Origin: Octopus bimaculoides
Taxonomy: Eukaryota
Length of the DNA: 64,000 bases
Direction: 5' to 3'
Assembly (NCBI RefSeq): GCF_001194135.2
Contig: NC_068985.1
Location: forward strand, 33,908,001 to 33,972,000
The notes under the pieces are model-generated. The model searched no databases. It had not been told where the DNA came from and saw only the letters and a list, made by a program, of their open reading frames with translations. How positions within the stretch are numbered: the first letter of the stretch is position 1; every line of letters starts with the position of its first letter. This document shows, piece by piece, positions 1 through 12,290 of this stretch. Both the position numbers and the translations under genes were made by a program.

Positions 1-109
1 TGTAGAACAAATTCGCAAAAGATTTCCTGAAAATTTCAAAAAATAAAAAAGTTACGAGGAGTTATATGGGGTGCTTAAACCAGAATTCCGCATTTTAGAG
101 GGGTCGGGG

Positions 110-480
110 AGTCCCCGTTTTTATTACTTAGTGTTGGTAATCTGTGGAATGTTATTTGGTGTTTATTGTAGGCAGATTGGAGCTCCAAGCAAAACTAGCA
201 TAGTCCTTTATAGATCCAACGTATCTTTTGTATACTTTGTTGTTTCTTTCTGCCTGGCAAATGTAATACCTACTGATTGTATGTATATCAGTTTTCTTCC
301 TTTTACTTCATATTGTATGTGTGTTGAGAATTTTGTGAATGTGTTAGCATTTTGTCTTCGGTGAATGGTTTGTTTATGTTGTTGACTGTGATGGTCGGTT
401 AAGGAGTCAAGTGGTAACTTGTTGATCTAAGTTTTGGTTAATTTTAATTTCAGTTCAACTTACGTTTATTGTTTTTATTA
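110..480 (-). mobile_element. Decayed LINE fragment (RT C-terminal region)
   Basis: The minus strand reads KVYKRYVGSIKDYASFAWS, resembling the LYxxxVRSxLDYASxxWS motif of non-LTR retrotransposons. Confidence 0.4.
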
Positions 481-708
481 TTATATATCTCTTAATTCAA
501 TAAAAAAATTTTCGGAATTTTCTTTTGCAAGAAGATGCATAAAAATATTATAATAATAGCAGTTTAAAAATATTGATATATTACTGTATGAAAAAAAATG
601 ACATGCGGATAAAAAATTGGAGCGATACTTTTTAGGAAGTTGCCGGTATTTCCGGGTCCATTTATACAGTTTATTAAAATCGAGATTTTGAAACCAAAAT
701 AGAGCAAC

Positions 709-821
709 ATGCCTCAATGTTGCGTTCCACAATGTAACAACAGGAGTGAAAACTGTGATTTATCTTTCTATCGATTCCCGACAGCAGAAATGGACAAAAA
801 CAAATGGTTAAAAGCTATCAA
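709..821 (+). CDS. THAP protein exon 1
   Basis: ATG at 709; MPQCCVPQC...FYRFP...W; canonical gtaagt donor at 822 (phase 2). Confidence 0.88.
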
Positions 822-3800
822 GTAAGTGTCAAATTCCGTCAACTTCCAACGCCCACAGTCGAACGCTTGGGTCCATCCATTAATCGGTAGAAAACAGTAG
901 TAGATACTGAAACATATGTAAATATTGCGCTAATTGACATGTTTAGAAGTGCATAACGCATCTGATGCGTCTTGGATTAACTGTTTTTATTATAACGGGA
1001 CTGTGTTTCCGAATGAGGTTGTTGAATCTGAAGATAACTGATTCCATTATAGACCTGATAAAAATTGAAAGCATAATTAATTTTGGAACATCCTGATGTA
1101 CTGATTTGGTAAATGTACGAACGAGTCAATACTTCCAAGCTACTTTTTCTCAATTTTAAGCTCTAGTGTGTAATGGATGGTTTCATTTCTTTTCTTTTTC
1201 TCTGTCTTTCAATACTGTCAGTGGTAGCATGTTATGCGATTGGAAATTATTTCTGTTTACATTTTCACCGTGCAGTCGACAACTTAAATTTCTTTCAAAT
1301 GGCGTTGTCTCGATGTTTGTATTGAACGTTTTCAACGTCCAAGATGTTAGTAGCTTTTAGCGTTTTTCAAATTTCCTTTTTTATTTTAAATTCTAATCTT
1401 TATTTTCATATCTGGGAGGAATTAATATTTCTTTCTCAAGCAAGATGGCGCCTATTCGATTGGAAATATCCTACCTTAAAATCTTGACAATTTTATAGTT
1501 AAAAACTTTATAAAGTAATATTAGACATGTTTCTGGATAAAATAGTATCATATCTTTACCCACTGCTTACTTAGAACTGATTAGGCAAACCCTAATTTGC
1601 TAACATTTCATTTACTCTTACTTTCATTTTATTTTAGCAGCTTCATATATATTAATTGGAATTTATATATATATATTACATTACCCAACGACAAATTCAA
1701 TTAGTAAATTATTCAATACTTTATTATTTTATCGTCTGCCTTCACGTTTTGAGTTCAAATTCCGCCGGGGTCGACTTTTCCCTTTCATCCTTTCGAGGTC
1801 GATAAAATAAGCACCAGTTGAATACTAGGATTGATGTAATCTTACCCACTCCCCAAATTTGCTGGCCTTGTGTCAAAATTTGAAATCAGTATTTTTATTA
1901 CATAATATTGACATCTTTTAACTAAACACAAGGCCGAGTTTTTGTAAAGATTAGAGAATAATAATTACACAAATCCCAGCATATTGCTGGTATCCTCTTT
2001 ATCGATCTGGTGGGAATGAAAGTCAGAGTACAATAGGATGAAAATAACGCTTTTTCGGTTCTGCATTCTCCCATCACTGTTTAGATATATAGAATTGCAA
2101 AAATTCTTTTCATTTTTGACAAATACACACACACACACTCACGTATTAACTAAACAGGCGCCCATACACACACGTCTTTAAAGCTGAATGGTGGTATTTA
2201 CTCTCACTTGTTGAATTTATGGTTAATTTCTACGTTTGTTCATTTAATCAGAGAAAATGAGGGGCCTATTTCGCTTATCTTAATTCATTGGAAAACCGGA
2301 CTCGTCTCTGAGTGCAAGGATAATTGTGAATCCGATCTCCACGCAGATATTCATGTTAGTCCGTCAGTACTTAAGGTTAACAGTTAACAGCAACAGACCA
2401 TAGCATTTCCGAATTTTCTTCATGACATTCCAGATATCCTCATATAATCCACAATAAACGATTGGAGATCTTACAAGAGTGCTCACTGAATTTACTTACA
2501 TGCGATAAAGTAAGCTGGACGAAAGAGATACATTTTATTGTTACGTAACATTTTCTTATAAATTTTAGTTGCACACAATAATATTTATTCCTGTCCTAGC
2601 CTTTGAGTATGAAAAGTTTAACCAATATTCTATTTCCTCGAACTACACATTAAATATCAAAGAACTCTCAGTGGCTTGCAAACTACACTTGACATAGAGC
2701 CTCAAAATGAGATTATTTTTAATTAATAATGAATATTCTTTGTGCCATAATTTTGTCCATTTAAAAGCACATAGATTCACTTTTAAACTAATATTTTTCT
2801 ATTATTCTGTACATTAACAACTTGCTTATTGTAATCTCTAACAATTCCTAAATAACTACTCTTCTTTAATGCTTTTTAATCTTTTTCACTTATTCACACC
2901 AAGCTTGTATTGCTTCCAGTATTTTCCAATAAAGATGTAAAAAAGGATCATGTCTCTTTCTATTGAAAGACAGACAAAATCATCGTTTATATCAAAAAGC
3001 AATATTCTTCACCCTCGTTGCTCTTGGACGAAACAAAACCCATAATTTCTTGGCCTTACCATCTCTGCTGGATATTCCTGGCAATCCAACATACAAACCT
3101 GTAAAAATTCCAGATACTAACCTTTCTCTTCAAAATGAGAAAATATTTCAGCTCTAATCAGTTGCTGACTCTCAACAAGGTTCAAGTGAGGCCCATGATG
3201 AGATGGTATTTCTCCTACTCATATAAACATTCGAGAACACATTCAAAATAAGACCTGATTGACAAATATTTGCTCAAAAATGCACTTCAACCTCTGGCAC
3301 ATAGACATACTGTCTCCTTTCTTTTGCTTAACTAATTAGTTACATACCATCTCCATTCATCTTTCCTCCATAATCACCCCTATTATGTCTATTTAAGACC
3401 TGCACTAATGATGACTGGTTAAACCTTCCAACTCAGAGTGTCAACCATCTGGAATTTTCCCCCTGCTAAGTGTAGGAAGAATTTTGATGGTCATCTATGT
3501 AGCTCCTTCCAACTAACCAAACCATATTTATTAAAATAAGCTAGTGTCAAACTCTTTCATCATACATGTACCATCTAGTTACAAATACTCTATTTCACAG
3601 AGTATTAGTGGCTATATTGTAAATGTACAATGAAAGATTTTGATACTTAATTACTGTATAATAATGTAAAAATATAATTTAAAATAATGAATATAAGAAT
3701 CCATGTGTTTTAAATGACTAAATTAACTAAAACAATGCAATTTCCTTAGTTTCAACAGATATTCATTGATAAAATCTCTTGCCAAATATGCAAAATAATA

Positions 3801-5408
3801 AATTCCCTTAAGTTTGCTTGAAACTGAAGAAACCATATTTTTGCAATAATCATGTTGAACAAATATCTATTCATCTAATGAATGTCTTTATATGTGTCCT
3901 TATTAATACATATGTGAACATTTACTGAAATATAGTAATGCATTGATTAATTATAGAAAGTAAGAAAAAAAAAAGAAAGAAATGAGTTGGAAGATAGTAT
4001 GCAAGCAGTTTCCATTTTCAGTAATTGAAACATAACGAAACTTTGAGATCTTGCAAAGTGGGAAGCATGAAGCTAGTTGTAAGCAATTAGTTTCTATTTA
4101 CAGTAATTAAACTATAATGAAGCTTTATACTTAAAAAGTAGAAAACATGAAAGCTGGTTAATTTGTTTACTTTACATAATTGAGTTCTGTAGTTCATGGT
4201 ATTTAGCTCAAAGCCTGCTTGGTTAAATATTCAAAAAATGTTTCTTTTAAATGTACATTGATAACATACAGTAAATGTGAACCAAACATTCATCACAACT
4301 AGTTCCAATTTTCTAAAAAATTGTGCTTTCAAAATAATGTAAAAATATAAATTTTTTTTAATAAGCCAAAGTATACTTAAGGGTTTATGCTCAGCTCTTG
4401 TTTCATGGTGTTGACTAAATAGGTGATAACTGTTCACTGGATGTTGTTGGCACTCCGTCGCTTACGACATCGAGGGTTCCAGTTGATCCGATCAACGGAA
4501 CAGCCTGCTCGAGGATATTCAGCGTGACACAGTGTGACAAGGTTGACCCTTTGAATTACAGGCACAACAGAAACAGGAAGTAAGACTGAGAGAAAGTTGT
4601 GGTGAAAGAGTACAGCAGGGTTCACCACCATCCCCTGCCGGAGCCTCGTGGAGCTTTTGGGTGTTTTCGCTCAATAAACACTCACAACGCCCGGTATGGG
4701 AATCGAAACCATGATCCTATGACCGCGAGTCCGCTGCCCTAACCACTGAGCCATTGCGCCTCCACGTTCATTGGATAGAGACTCAATTGCTAAGTGAAGT
4801 GAAACATTTGGAATTAAATGCATTGCTTAATTCTGTTTAGTCTCTTCAACTGATCTGTATGTAACATACATATAAACCTATTTTATTTGCATTTGTGGAA
4901 CTAAGTGTTTGAAATAAATCTCTATGCATCTTGTTTAATGGATTTTTTTTTTCAAAATATATTGCCATTTTTATATTACTTAGTAAAATATAAAAAAAAA
5001 ATTAAATGCTTTATTTTATTTGGATATTTCAGACGACAAAACTTTATTCCAACCACAAATAGTCGTGTTTGTAGTTGGCATTTTCCTGTTGGTAAGAATG
5101 CAGGACCTTTGAGATTTGCCTGGAACATAAACAACTTCCTAGAATCTCCAAGTCCAGAGAAACGTCGACGTAAACCAAATAGTAGTAACAAGAACCACAG
5201 ACACTTTGACCACAGCAAACGTAAGAAGCACCAAGAAGAGAAGACATCACCCCATGTGAACCCATTAGTTGTTCTGGCCCAAGTTGCTTTGCAAGATGCA
5301 AATTCAGACGCTGTTCTTTCATCATTTGATACAAACCTCTCTATATCAAGTAACAACAAACAAGATGATGCATTAGATAACCCTAATCCAGAACACTTAG
5401 ATAGTTAA
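709..5408 (+). CDS. THAP-domain (C2CH zinc finger) protein, 2 coding exons (709-821, 5033-5408), 162 aa
   Basis: Exon 1 reads MPQCCVPQCNNRSENCDLSFYRFPTAEMDKNKWLKAI, then AA|gtaagt. Exon 2 follows ttc-ag and continues in frame: (K)RQNFIPTTNSRVCSWHFPVGKNAGPLRFAWN to TAA at 5408. The THAP signature C-x4-C, FP, W, C-x2-HF is complete. The tail has basic clusters KRRRK and KRKK. Confidence 0.88.
1725..1890 (+). mobile_element. SINE family B, partial copy
   Basis: Shares gagttcaaattccgcc...gtcgacttt...cctttc...gataaaataag with the copies at 7203, 17181 and 30322. Confidence 0.7.
4439..4764 (-). mobile_element. tRNA-derived SINE family D
   Basis: A-box/B-box head (ggcgcaatggctcagtggttagg...gtttcgattccc); closely matches the + copy at 62536-62924. 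Confidence 0.85.
5033..5408 (+). CDS. THAP protein exon 2
   Basis: AG acceptor at 5031-5032; frame matches the track ORF 4905..5408; contains CSWHF. Confidence 0.85.
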
Positions 5409-5638
5409 TCCAATTTCTAAATAGGAAATATTAAAATATTAAATGATTAAAAAACAAAACAAAAATAAAAAACACTTTTATCAACAATAATTTTCAATTA
5501 TTGTAACTAGATTCCACATACATTTCCAGAAAGCTTTAATTTAGTGGGATTTAAAACATAAAGGACAAAAATTTTAATTTCATATATTTCTTTTTTTTTA
5601 ATTATATTCCTGGCTGGTTATTTTACTGCTTCTTTGTA

Positions 5639-5672
<34 letters not shown>

Positions 5673-6291
5673 TAAAATACATTTTGAAAATATATAGAGA
5701 CTAACAATTCACATGCACAATCATCATCATGATTTTGGCATCTTTTTTTTTTAATTGCTAATATACAACAGATAAACTTGCAATACAGCATATTTTCATT
5801 TATTTCAGTGTTATGTTACTTGATTTTTAAATCTGAACTCATCACTTTCTGGTAGACTATCTCAGGGCTGATTTTGCTACAAACATTTCAGCCATTAACT
5901 TATAGCACATCACCAGTTTGGTAGTATTTTCTACTTGCCACTTATCTACAAATTAGTTACTCATAACCTCCTTGAGAGAAAGTACAAAAGGGCTAATGAT
6001 AGTAACTTATAACCATAAGACAGTAGAATGTAATTTCAGTTAGATTTGGCTGCTTCTTCTGAGTAACATAAAACCCTCACTCTTTTGTTCAACTTGCTAG
6101 AAGTAGCGCCCAAATCTTTAAATTACTCCCTATTGTATTAAAAAAGAAGATAAAAAAGGGGGAAAATGTGGGATGATAAGACTAAAATGCCTTTGATTAT
6201 AGATTTATTTGATCAGAGTTAACATGGAGTTAAAGGGAAACACTAAATGTTGACTAGCAAGCTAACGATGCAGTCTGATCTTCAGTAGTTT

Positions 6292-6678
6292 ATCTTTTAC
6301 TTGTTTCAGTCATTAGACAGTGGCCATGCTGGGGCACCACCTTGAAGAATTTTTAGTTGAATGAATTGGCCCCAGTACTCATTTTTCTTAAGCCTGGTAC
6401 TTATTGTAGTGGTCTCTTTTTGCTGAATCACTAAGTCACAGGGATGTTAACATACCAACACCAGTTGTCAAGTGGTGATGGGGCCAAATACAGACACAAA
6501 GGTACACACATACACATGACGGGCTTCTTTCACTTTCTGTCTACCAAATTTTCTCATAGGGCTTTTGTTAGCCCCAGGCTATAGTAGGAGGTACTTGCCC
6601 AATGTCTGCTACAATGGGACTGAACCTGGAACGATATGATTGGAAAGCAAGCTTCTTAGTACACAGCAACGCCCGTAC
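6292..6678 (-). mobile_element. tRNA-derived SINE family A, diverged
   Basis: Similar to the full copy at 53196-53567. Confidence 0.75.
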
Positions 6679-7202
6679 ATGATTAGTGACAAAACTGGGC
6701 AAGTTTTGGTCTTATTAGATCCCCATTAGAAAGTTTAGTCTAACTATTCCTGTTACATCTTAGATGATTCAAGAAGTACAAAGGATTTTAGTGATAGAAC
6801 ATTGAGTGGCACGATAACTTAAAACAATGACTAATAGAAAATATCCTTTTACTTTAAATATCTGTGATTGTCTCCCTTGCCGTTGCATTTCGTAACCATA
6901 ATTAGTCATTAGGATGACGATTTTTATTCTTCACTATAGGATGTAATTTTAATTAATTAAAATTTTCTAACTACATAAAATATGTAAGCACCTAATTTAT
7001 TTTTTTCAAGCTGCAGGTGTTCCTGAGATGTTTACTCCAGTCATTCTCAGTCAGGTTGCCAAGCCTATGTAACATAGAAAATAAACCACACTTCCAAAAT
7101 TTTCTGTTTCCTGAATGGAGTACTACAAAGATCTGTCCTGTTTCTCACTCAAAATCTTTCCAGGCCTCTGCAAAACATAGACATCATATCACACATAAAT
7201 AT

Positions 7203-7414
7203 CCTTTTCTACTTTAGGCACAAGACACGAAAGTTTTGGAGAGGGGGCCAGTCGATTAAATCAACTCCAGTACACAACTGGTACTTAATTTATCGACCCT
7301 GAAAGGATGAAAGGCAAAGTCGACCTCAGCGGAATTTAAACTCAGAACATAAAGACAGACGAAATACCGCTAAGCATTTCACCTAGCATGCTAACGTTTC
7401 TGCCAGCTCGCTGC
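7203..7414 (-). mobile_element. SINE family B
   Basis: Reverse complement of the family seen at 17181-17427. Confidence 0.8.
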
Positions 7415-8099
7415 TGTGATATTTCTGTGTATCACACAGAAATATCATCACACTCATAACCTCCTACTCATAACTATTACAATCTTACATTGGTCACCTT
7501 GAAATCTGGCTCTAAAATAACGGTAACATATGACAAATCTACCGTTACCTTCTTTACCAGAGTACATCAAATATAGCCAGCAATCATACTCAACATCATA
7601 AACTTAGTATAGCTAGTTGTCCCTCATGAATGAGTATGGCTTAGTAACATGTACCATGCTTTTGTTAGTTGTTTTGGGTGTCTATGTAGTGTAGTCATGA
7701 CCAAGACACAGGCAGCCTCGGTGCTCCTTAACCTTTCATCCATTGGGTCATCTGGGATGTGACAGTTTGTGAAAGAGAGGGCTGAATTAGCACATGACTG
7801 GTGCTCATTACAACTGAGTGAACTGGAGCAATACAAAATGAAGAACTGTCCTCATGAACACAATATGCTGCCTGGTCCAAGAATTGAACCCATGACCTGA
7901 TGATGGTGAGCTGAACAGCACTTTCACAATATAACCACAACATAACCAGATACATACACACACAAATGATAAAAATATTAAGAGTTGTATACAAAACTTC
8001 TACAATGCACATAGAGTGAAAATGATGTACAAACAATACATCAGATCCATCATGAACATGCTAACCCTGTTTGAACCCCACTACTCTCTCCATGACAAA

Positions 8100-8510
8100 C
8101 TACAAAGGACATAAAACAATGCACTTCTTGTTGTCACATATTTTATGCAGGCCACCTATATAAGGAAACAAAACTACTGATAATGAAAGACCAACTAGAT
8201 ATACAAGGGGCACAGTTCATTGCTATACTAAATTTCAATATTCACTGTAAGAAAAAAATTACTTCCCATAACCCAGATACTCATAAATTTGAAGCCAAGA
8301 ATACGAGAAGCATTATAAATTACAGGGGACATAATTTCGATAAAATTGCTTCCCTTAGAATTATTTACACAACTGTTTGTGGAAAATCTCAAGATTTTAA
8401 AATACCACTTTATAAAAGACCTACTAACAAAATACATATTCATTTTACAAATATCTCTGATTTTAAATATCCCCATAAAAATAAATAGAACAAACATTTA
8501 AAGCAATATT
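8100..8510 (+). mobile_element. Penelope-like RT fragment
   Basis: Track ORF 8183..8488 contains LYKRPTNKIHIHFTN, similar to the LYRKPTxxxxYLHxxS motif of Penelope RT. Confidence 0.45.
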
Positions 8511-8559
8511 TATTGAAAATATCTCCACATTATTAAGGTATCATATACACACGGAACAG

Positions 8560-9290
8560 CCTGGGACCCCAGTCCAGCAAACTTACAGCTCAGCCAACCA
8601 ACCCCACTTAGGAACACAATTTTTATTTTTATGGTTTATCCTTCACAGCCTTACCACGACTGGTAAGACTAATATAGTTGATATTCAAATCGAATATCTA
8701 TAAGCTGACGTCTGCAGGAAAACCATGAGTGATAAGAGAATTTTGAAATGTTAACATTTTGGGAGGAAGATTGGGAATAGGGGTTAATGAGATGGAGGAG
8801 TACAGGTGACAAGATTAGTGGGTCTGAGAGATGTAGTATGTAACTAGCTAGTTTAGAGGAGTAAAGGTTGTTGAAATAGTAGTGGAACAGACAGACCAGG
8901 TCAGCTTGTCTATGGCCATAAGATTGTGTGATGGAGAGTGAAATTTTGCTGTTCAGCTGGGTGGTTTTGTTTTATGAGGTTTAAGATATTCAGGTGGTGA
9001 GAACAGTATTTTATTTTCGATCTTACTTGAGCTTTGGTCAAACAGCTGGTCAGAGCTTAAGTATTTTTTGGGTCCAAAGAGAGATGCAATTCTTGCTAAG
9101 GATTGTAAGGCCTATCATTTATAGTGATGTTTTGAGCGTTTTGTGGGTTGTCCAAAACCAGGGAGGTGAGAAGTACAAGACTGTTTCTTCGATTTGAGAA
9201 ATGAATATTTTTGTACTGTTGAAATAGATGAGAGTCAAAAGTTCAATGTATGATCAGCTATGGCTATTGAGATTTTATTATCAACATGGT
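8560..9290 (-). mobile_element. CR1/L2-group LINE, 3' fragment
   Basis: The minus strand reads HRQADLVCLFHYYFNNLYSSKLAS, similar to the HRRxxASLxLFYRYFxxxCSSELA tail motif. Confidence 0.5.
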
Positions 9291-9472
9291 ATCTTTAAGT
9301 TTTAGGACTTGTACTGTGATCACCATTTTAAAGACAGTGTTTTGTTCAGGAGATATTGATGTAGTTTGAGTATCTATATTAAAACACTCTGGCTGGCTCA
9401 ACTTACATTATATAAGATGTACATCAATAATAAAATAACACATTTTGGTCCTTAAAATTCTATTAGTTTCAT

Positions 9473-9640
9473 CATCATCGTTTGATATCTGTTTTCCATG
9501 CTGGCATGGGTTGGACTGAGGTCGGGAAAGCCAGTGGCTGCACCAGGCTCCAATCTGATCTGGCTATGTTTCTACAGCTGGATGCCTTTCCTAACGCTAA
9601 CGCCAACCACTCTGGGAGTGTAGTGGGTGCTTTTTACGTT
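9473..9640 (-). mobile_element. SINE family C with (ATG)n tail, partial
   Basis: catcatcatcgttt...ttccatgctggcatgggttggac...gctggatgcc; matches 39268, 52335 and 63660. Confidence 0.75.
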
Positions 9641-9829
9641 TGAACACTAATTTTCATTTACTCATAAGATTGTATAAATAAAAAACGCCCTTAAATAAGA
9701 GATAAACCAATGACAAAAGAATTAATGTTGTTTTCCAAACTAATGTTAAATAACACAAGTATTTTAAGATCATTTTCCCAAGCTAAAGCAATAGTTAGGT
9801 TTATAGGCTCTATGACAATTTCCTCCATG

Positions 9830-12290
9830 TACTGTCATTCCAATTCACTAACTCCTTGCCTTGATTTCCTCTACTATCATCTTTAGCCATGTTCTTCTGT
9901 CTTTCCCTTTTTCATCTTAGTCACTTTCATCCTTCCTCAGCATATGATCCAGTCACTTCATTACATCCATCAAAGACTCTATTTCCACCATTCACTACAA
10001 TTCATGGTTTGTCTTTTTCTTTGAGAATAATACACTTCTCAATCACTGAACTATTCTCATTTCAAGTCTTTCCATCCTTTTCTCTTCTTTTGTACACATC
10101 ACCTGTTTCATTACCAAAAACCATAGCATTTTCATACTTACAGTATACATCTTTACCTTTAGTTTCAGTGATATTCCCTTCCTTCTTAACATACCACTCA
10201 CTTCCCTTCCTTCTTCAATGTGCTTCTCACTCGAGTCACCTTCTCCATTCAATATCTTCTTAGTAAGAAAATGTTTTCACACTTCCACCTTTTCTTTTCA
10301 TGCCACTTCTCAACATTCTTCCATCCACAAGCTACATTTAAGTGTAGCTACCATGTTAGTTAATAACATTCTTAAGTACATTTTAGATGAACCCACTCAG
10401 TGCATTTTGTACATCTAGTAAAATTTCATTCTAACACTGTTTTGATCTTTTCACTGTTTTGATCTTTTCACCCTACTGCATATTTTAAAACTTTTCATGG
10501 ACCTTCAGCTTTCTGATATTCACCATCATAGATTTTGCTTTTACATATTCTTTCTAGCTTTTCAGTTGCTTGTTTAATCTATGTATATTCTCTGTTATTA
10601 ACACAAGATCATTTATGTATAGCAACTCTAAGCTTTGAGCCAGTACCTCCTTCACAAGTATAAATAGTACTAGACTGAATATGAGAGCTGGCTGAAAAGT
10701 TCATAAACTGACCAAGATTCTCTCATGGAATGTGACCAAATGAGGTTTATTTTTCAACAGTCTCCCTTGCAATCCACACTTCTTCCACTGGTGTTGCAGT
10801 ACTTAGATTCCATTGGTCAAAAAAAGTCAACAGCGGATATGATGTCATCATCACAGCAATACTGGTTCCCAGCGAAGTGATTTTTCATGTTCAAGCCACA
10901 GTCATGCACAGCAGCCATTGAAACCAAGGACTTGTGTGCTGGAGTATAGTCTTGAAACAAGACTCTTTTTGTCAGTTTTCCTGGGCCTTTGGTTTTGATA
11001 GCCTTCCCGACTGCCTCAGCAAGTTGGCATAGTACTTCACTGATGGTGTGGCCCTTTTCAACATAGGCAATAAACAATGCTTTTCCATCCCAAAACACTG
11101 AGGCCATCACCTTCCTTGCAGATTAAATGACCTTGGCCTTCTTTGGAGCAGGTGAGGAGGAGTGTTTCCACTGCATGGATTGTCTCTTTGTCTCTGGCTC
11201 AAAATAATGAACCCAACACTCATCCTGGGTTAGGGAACATTCAAGGAAACTGGCTAGGTCTGATTCAAACAACATCAGAAGATGTGGCACTTACTGAGCA
11301 GAAACAGGCATCATACCAAATTCATTGAGCAGAGAATATTCTCAACTCTCTCACAGGGTATGGTAATAGCATTGGCTATTTGATTTATAGTCAATCGCCT
11401 GTCACTCATCACCATGTGATGAACATGATCAATATTTTCCTCAGTGGTAGCAGTTGCAGGACATCTAGACTCTCCCTTCCCCTCTTAAATTCAGCTGCCC
11501 ACTTTTTCACTGTTGATAAAGCTGGAATGTCATCCTCTAATGTAGCAACTATGTCAGCATGAATGTCCTTAGGGGCTAAACCCATTTTCTGCAGGTACTT
11601 GACAACATCATGATGCCAAAGTTTGTTGATTTTCAAGAGAATTCGCAGCTAGTTACTTTCGAAGTCTTCTTTGAACAGTCAGCTTACCTGGAAACAACAA
11701 TGCAGTTATTAATAAGGGTTGAAATTAATGCATGCAAGATTTCACAGCTCAAACATCACTCCTTCATAGTCAGCCTATGAACTTTTCAGTCCACCCCTAT
11801 ACTGATCCCTCATGCACTCTAAACTTCATCTTTACCATTGTGTGCAAGCACTCATAGATTGTCATCATTATCCTAACTAAGCATTCTGCCACTCCTAACT
11901 CTCTGTGCCCACATCACCACTTCAAATGCAATTCTACTAAAAGCAATCTCCAGATCAACAAACTCAAGAAACAACTTCCATTGTCCATGAATTTCTCTGC
12001 TTTATAATAAAAATTGCATCAATCATTCCATTCCACGGCATAAATCCAAACTGCATTTTATTATGTATCCTCTTCTTTAACACCTTTTGCAATATATTTA
12101 TTCTGTAATCCAACAACTTAATTGCTCTAAACAAATCACAGTGCAGGGGATCATCTTACTTCTTGTACAGAGACATGAGAGTCCTATACTACTACAATAT
12201 GGTCATTTTTTTTTACCACCAACATAGATCTCTGCCCTTCTCTTGGCACCCCATCTTCCCAATATTGATCCACTTGCTTTTCCTTGCAAT
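9830..12290 (-). mobile_element. RTE-clade LINE RT fragment, interrupted by a mariner element
   Basis: Track ORF 10043..10252 (SGMLRRKGISLKLKVKMY...ERLEMRI) is RTE-like. The GVHEGSV/FSLVLFILV motif is split across the mariner. Confidence 0.75.
10682..11799 (-). mobile_element. Decayed mariner-type DNA transposon with TIRs and TA target duplication
   Basis: TIRs of about 30 bp (ctgaaaagttcata core). Track ORFs 11409..11636 (HTH: VVKYLQK...STVKKWAAEFKRGRESL) and 10817..11110 (MASVFWDGK). TA at 10680-10681 and 11800-11801. Confidence 0.9.

Noticed and set aside
4690-4764. tRNA-like heads with A/B boxes (also at 16.5, 53.2 and 62.5 kb)
   Set aside because: They continue into SINE bodies and lack a full cloverleaf, so they are not tRNA genes.
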